Shown: one piece after another, positions 17,815 to 19,563 of the stretch
Layout of the letters: each line of letters opens with the position of its first letter
Position numbering within the stretch: position 1 is the stretch's first letter
From: Microcystaceae cyanobacterium
GTDB lineage: Bacteria > Cyanobacteriota > Cyanobacteriia > Cyanobacteriales > Microcystaceae
Direction: 5' to 3'
Length of the DNA stretch: 19,563 nt
NCBI GenBank assembly: GCA_041746575.1
Contig: JBGTGT010000036.1
Location: 1-19,563 of the forward strand
Program-made: the position numbers and the translations under genes
The notes under the pieces: model-generated
Told to the model about the DNA's origin: nothing
The model's input: only the letters and a program-made list of their open reading frames with translations
Database searches by the model: none

Positions 17815-19023
17815 TTAATTCTCATTCTCCGTCGCTTTGAGTGCTAAAATGCGCTTAATGACTTCTTCTACCGCTTTATCGGGGGTTGATGCTCCAGACG
17901 TGACACCTAAAATAATTCGTCCTTCGGGAAGCCAATCTTCGGCAGTTTCGATGGCTTTTCCTAACGGTTGATGTTCAATCTGTTGGCGAGACAGAATGCG
18001 CTGAGGACTATCGATATGATAAGAAGGAATGCCCTTTTCGATGGCAATTTCTTGTAAATGAGTGGTATTAGAAGAATTAAAGCCACCAATGACAACCATT
18101 AAAGATAGATCTTCTTTTACTAAGTCAAACATTGCGTCTTGACGCTCTTGCGTCGCATCACAGATCGTGTTAAAACTCATAAAGTGATCACTGAATTGAG
18201 TTGGCCCATATTTCTGCAAGAGCGTTTTTTCAAATAATTTGCCAATTTGCTCCGTTTCACTTTTTAACATAGTAGTTTGGTTGGCAATCCCTAAATATTG
18301 TAAGTCTTTGTCGGGATCAAAACCTTGAGAATGAGCATTCTTAAATTTACTCAAGAATTCTGCTTGATTGCCCCCCTTCAAGATATAATCACAAACATAT
18401 TGCGCTTCGGACAAATTCAGCACTACTAAATAAATGCCCGCAAAAGAACTGGTGGCTACGGTTTCCTCGTGTTTATATTTACCGTGAATAATTGAAGTAT
18501 AATTCTTTTTTTTGTGTTTTTCGACAGAATTCCAGACTTTAGAGACCCAAGGACACGTCGTATCCACAATCGTACATCTTTTATCGTTTAATAACTGCAT
18601 TTCCGAAACACTCGCCCCAAAAGCCGGTAAAATAACCACATCCCCTGCCTTTACCCCAGAAAAATCTTTATTTCCCTCAACGACTTCAATAAAATTCACA
18701 TTCATCTCCCGTAAACGTTGATTGACCTGAGGATTATGAATAATTTCATTTGTAATCCAAATCTGTTCAGTCGGAAAATGTTGACGAGTTTCATAAGCCA
18801 TCGCTACGGCGCGCTCAACACCCCAGCAAAAACCAAACGCTTCCGCTAGGCGAATGGTCACATTGCCTCTGGTAAGCGTATATTGATTCTGCCGTAGTTC
18901 TTGAATAAGAGAACTTTGGTATTCGGTGTTAAAAGCGTCTTTTACTTCCTTTTCGTGGCCAAAACCCTTACGGTGATAGTTTTCAGACTGCTGTAGCGAG
19001 CGTTTAAAGGCTTTTGTATCCAT
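17815..19023 (-). CDS. ispH: 4-hydroxy-3-methylbut-2-enyl diphosphate reductase IspH
   Basis: [48 protein letters not shown]; cyanobacterial N-terminal extension. Confidence 0.98.
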   Translation of the reverse strand: MDTKAFKRSLQQSENYHRKGFGHEKEVKDAFNTEYQSSLIQELRQNQYTLTRGNVTIRLAEAFGFCWGVERAVAMAYETRQHFPTEQIWITNEIIHNPQVNQRLREMNVNFIEVVEGNKDFSGVKAGDVVILPAFGASVSEMQLLNDKRCTIVDTTCPWVSKVWNSVEKHKKKNYTSIIHGKYKHEETVATSSFAGIYLVVLNLSEAQYVCDYILKGGNQAEFLSKFKNAHSQGFDPDKDLQYLGIANQTTMLKSETEQIGKLFEKTLLQKYGPTQFSDHFMSFNTICDATQERQDAMFDLVKEDLSLMVVIGGFNSSNTTHLQEIAIEKGIPSYHIDSPQRILSRQQIEHQPLGKAIETAEDWLPEGRIILGVTSGASTPDKAVEEVIKRILALKATENEN

Positions 19024-19423
19024 TGGGAATCAGCGGGGTAATTAAACAAATTATTAATCTATTTTACGGGAAATGGGCAATAAAGGGACAAGATTTGCGA
19101 AGAAGAGCAGAAGTCAGAAAGCTGAAAAGTTTGATAGCAAGCTTTGATCGGTCATAACTTATTAAAATCTCAAAAAAAATATGAAATATACTGTCTTTTT
19201 TTTAAATCCTATAAACACTTTTTTCTCACTCTAGAATACTCTTTAAAATAGGTCGTATTTTTTCTGCAAATTTAACTCTAAGTCAGTTTTTAAAATCTCA
19301 AAAGACTACACATTAAATTGTCTTATCTTTCAGGGAATTGAGCGTTTATTAAAAAAAATTAAGAGTACAAACAATCAAAGTCGTTTTTGTTACCCTATAG
19401 GAGTATTTTTCAAAAAAGAATTA

Positions 19424-19563
19424 TAAGTACCTAGACAAAATTAATTGCATATTCTGTGCCAAAGTTGTCAAGCACTTTTTTCAGATAGTTAAGTAAGCTA
19501 GTCCAACTCTCATAAGTGTTGATTTGAACCCATTCATATTTGATAAATTTCCACAAAATTTCG
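19424..19563 (-). mobile_element. Right end of an IS630-family insertion sequence (continues beyond the window)
   Basis: TA (19424-19425) followed by AGTACCTAGACAAAATTAATT, resembling cyanobacterial IS630 ends; the transposase stop codon lies within this terminus. Confidence 0.8.
19431..19562 (-). CDS. IS630-family transposase C-terminus (partial; intactness unknown)
   Basis: Manual translation EILWKFIKYEWVQINTYESWTSLLNYLKKVLDNFGTEYAINFV*, matching the (NxI)E-x-x-W-x-x-x-K DDE_3 end motif. Confidence 0.82.
   Translation of the reverse strand, partial: EILWKFIKYEWVQINTYESWTSLLNYLKKVLDNFGTEYAINFV

Noticed and set aside
17839..17847. GAGTGCTAA CIRCE half-site
   Set aside because: Inside the ispH 3' coding region; the other half matches only 4 of 9.
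18512..18721. 69-aa ORF
   Set aside because: Antisense shadow of ispH.
19547..19555. ATTTCCACA near-DnaA box
   Set aside because: Single copy, one mismatch, and explained by the transposase Leu-Trp-Lys-Phe codons.
1..19563. CRISPR array, tRNA or rRNA genes
   Set aside because: I saw no regularly spaced repeats or recognisable structural RNA in any intergenic region.

Overview
Chromosomal window from a cyanobacterium. The evidence is 8 HIP1 GCGATCGC octamers, an ocp-frp pair, and cyanobacterial-type IspH and DUF3727 proteins; a unicellular Chroococcales-like lineage is only my inference. Gene order: an unidentified gene start running off the left edge, an MscS channel whose C-terminal cNMP-binding domain is cut off by two in-frame stops, rhodanese, hrcA, ocp, frp, a solitary gamma-class N6-adenine DNA methyltransferase, queE, a GT4 glycosyltransferase, uvrC, an hpnI-like glycosyltransferase, a beta-CASP metallo-beta-lactamase nuclease, an EamA/DMT transporter, dnaN with two DnaA boxes upstream and no adjacent dnaA, DUF2256, surE, DUF3727, ispH, and the end of an IS630-family element at the right edge (absent from the ORF track). 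Most of this is housekeeping DNA and I see no convincing multi-gene novel system. The best leads are: (1) a HiPIP-like four-cysteine motif on the beta-CASP nuclease, (2) domain loss from a bCNG-type channel, (3) a two-box oriC-like remnant before dnaN, (4) an inverted repeat bracketing ocp-frp, and (5) an orphan, GATC-free methyltransferase with a G8 tract. Family assignments come from motif recognition by eye; no searches were run.
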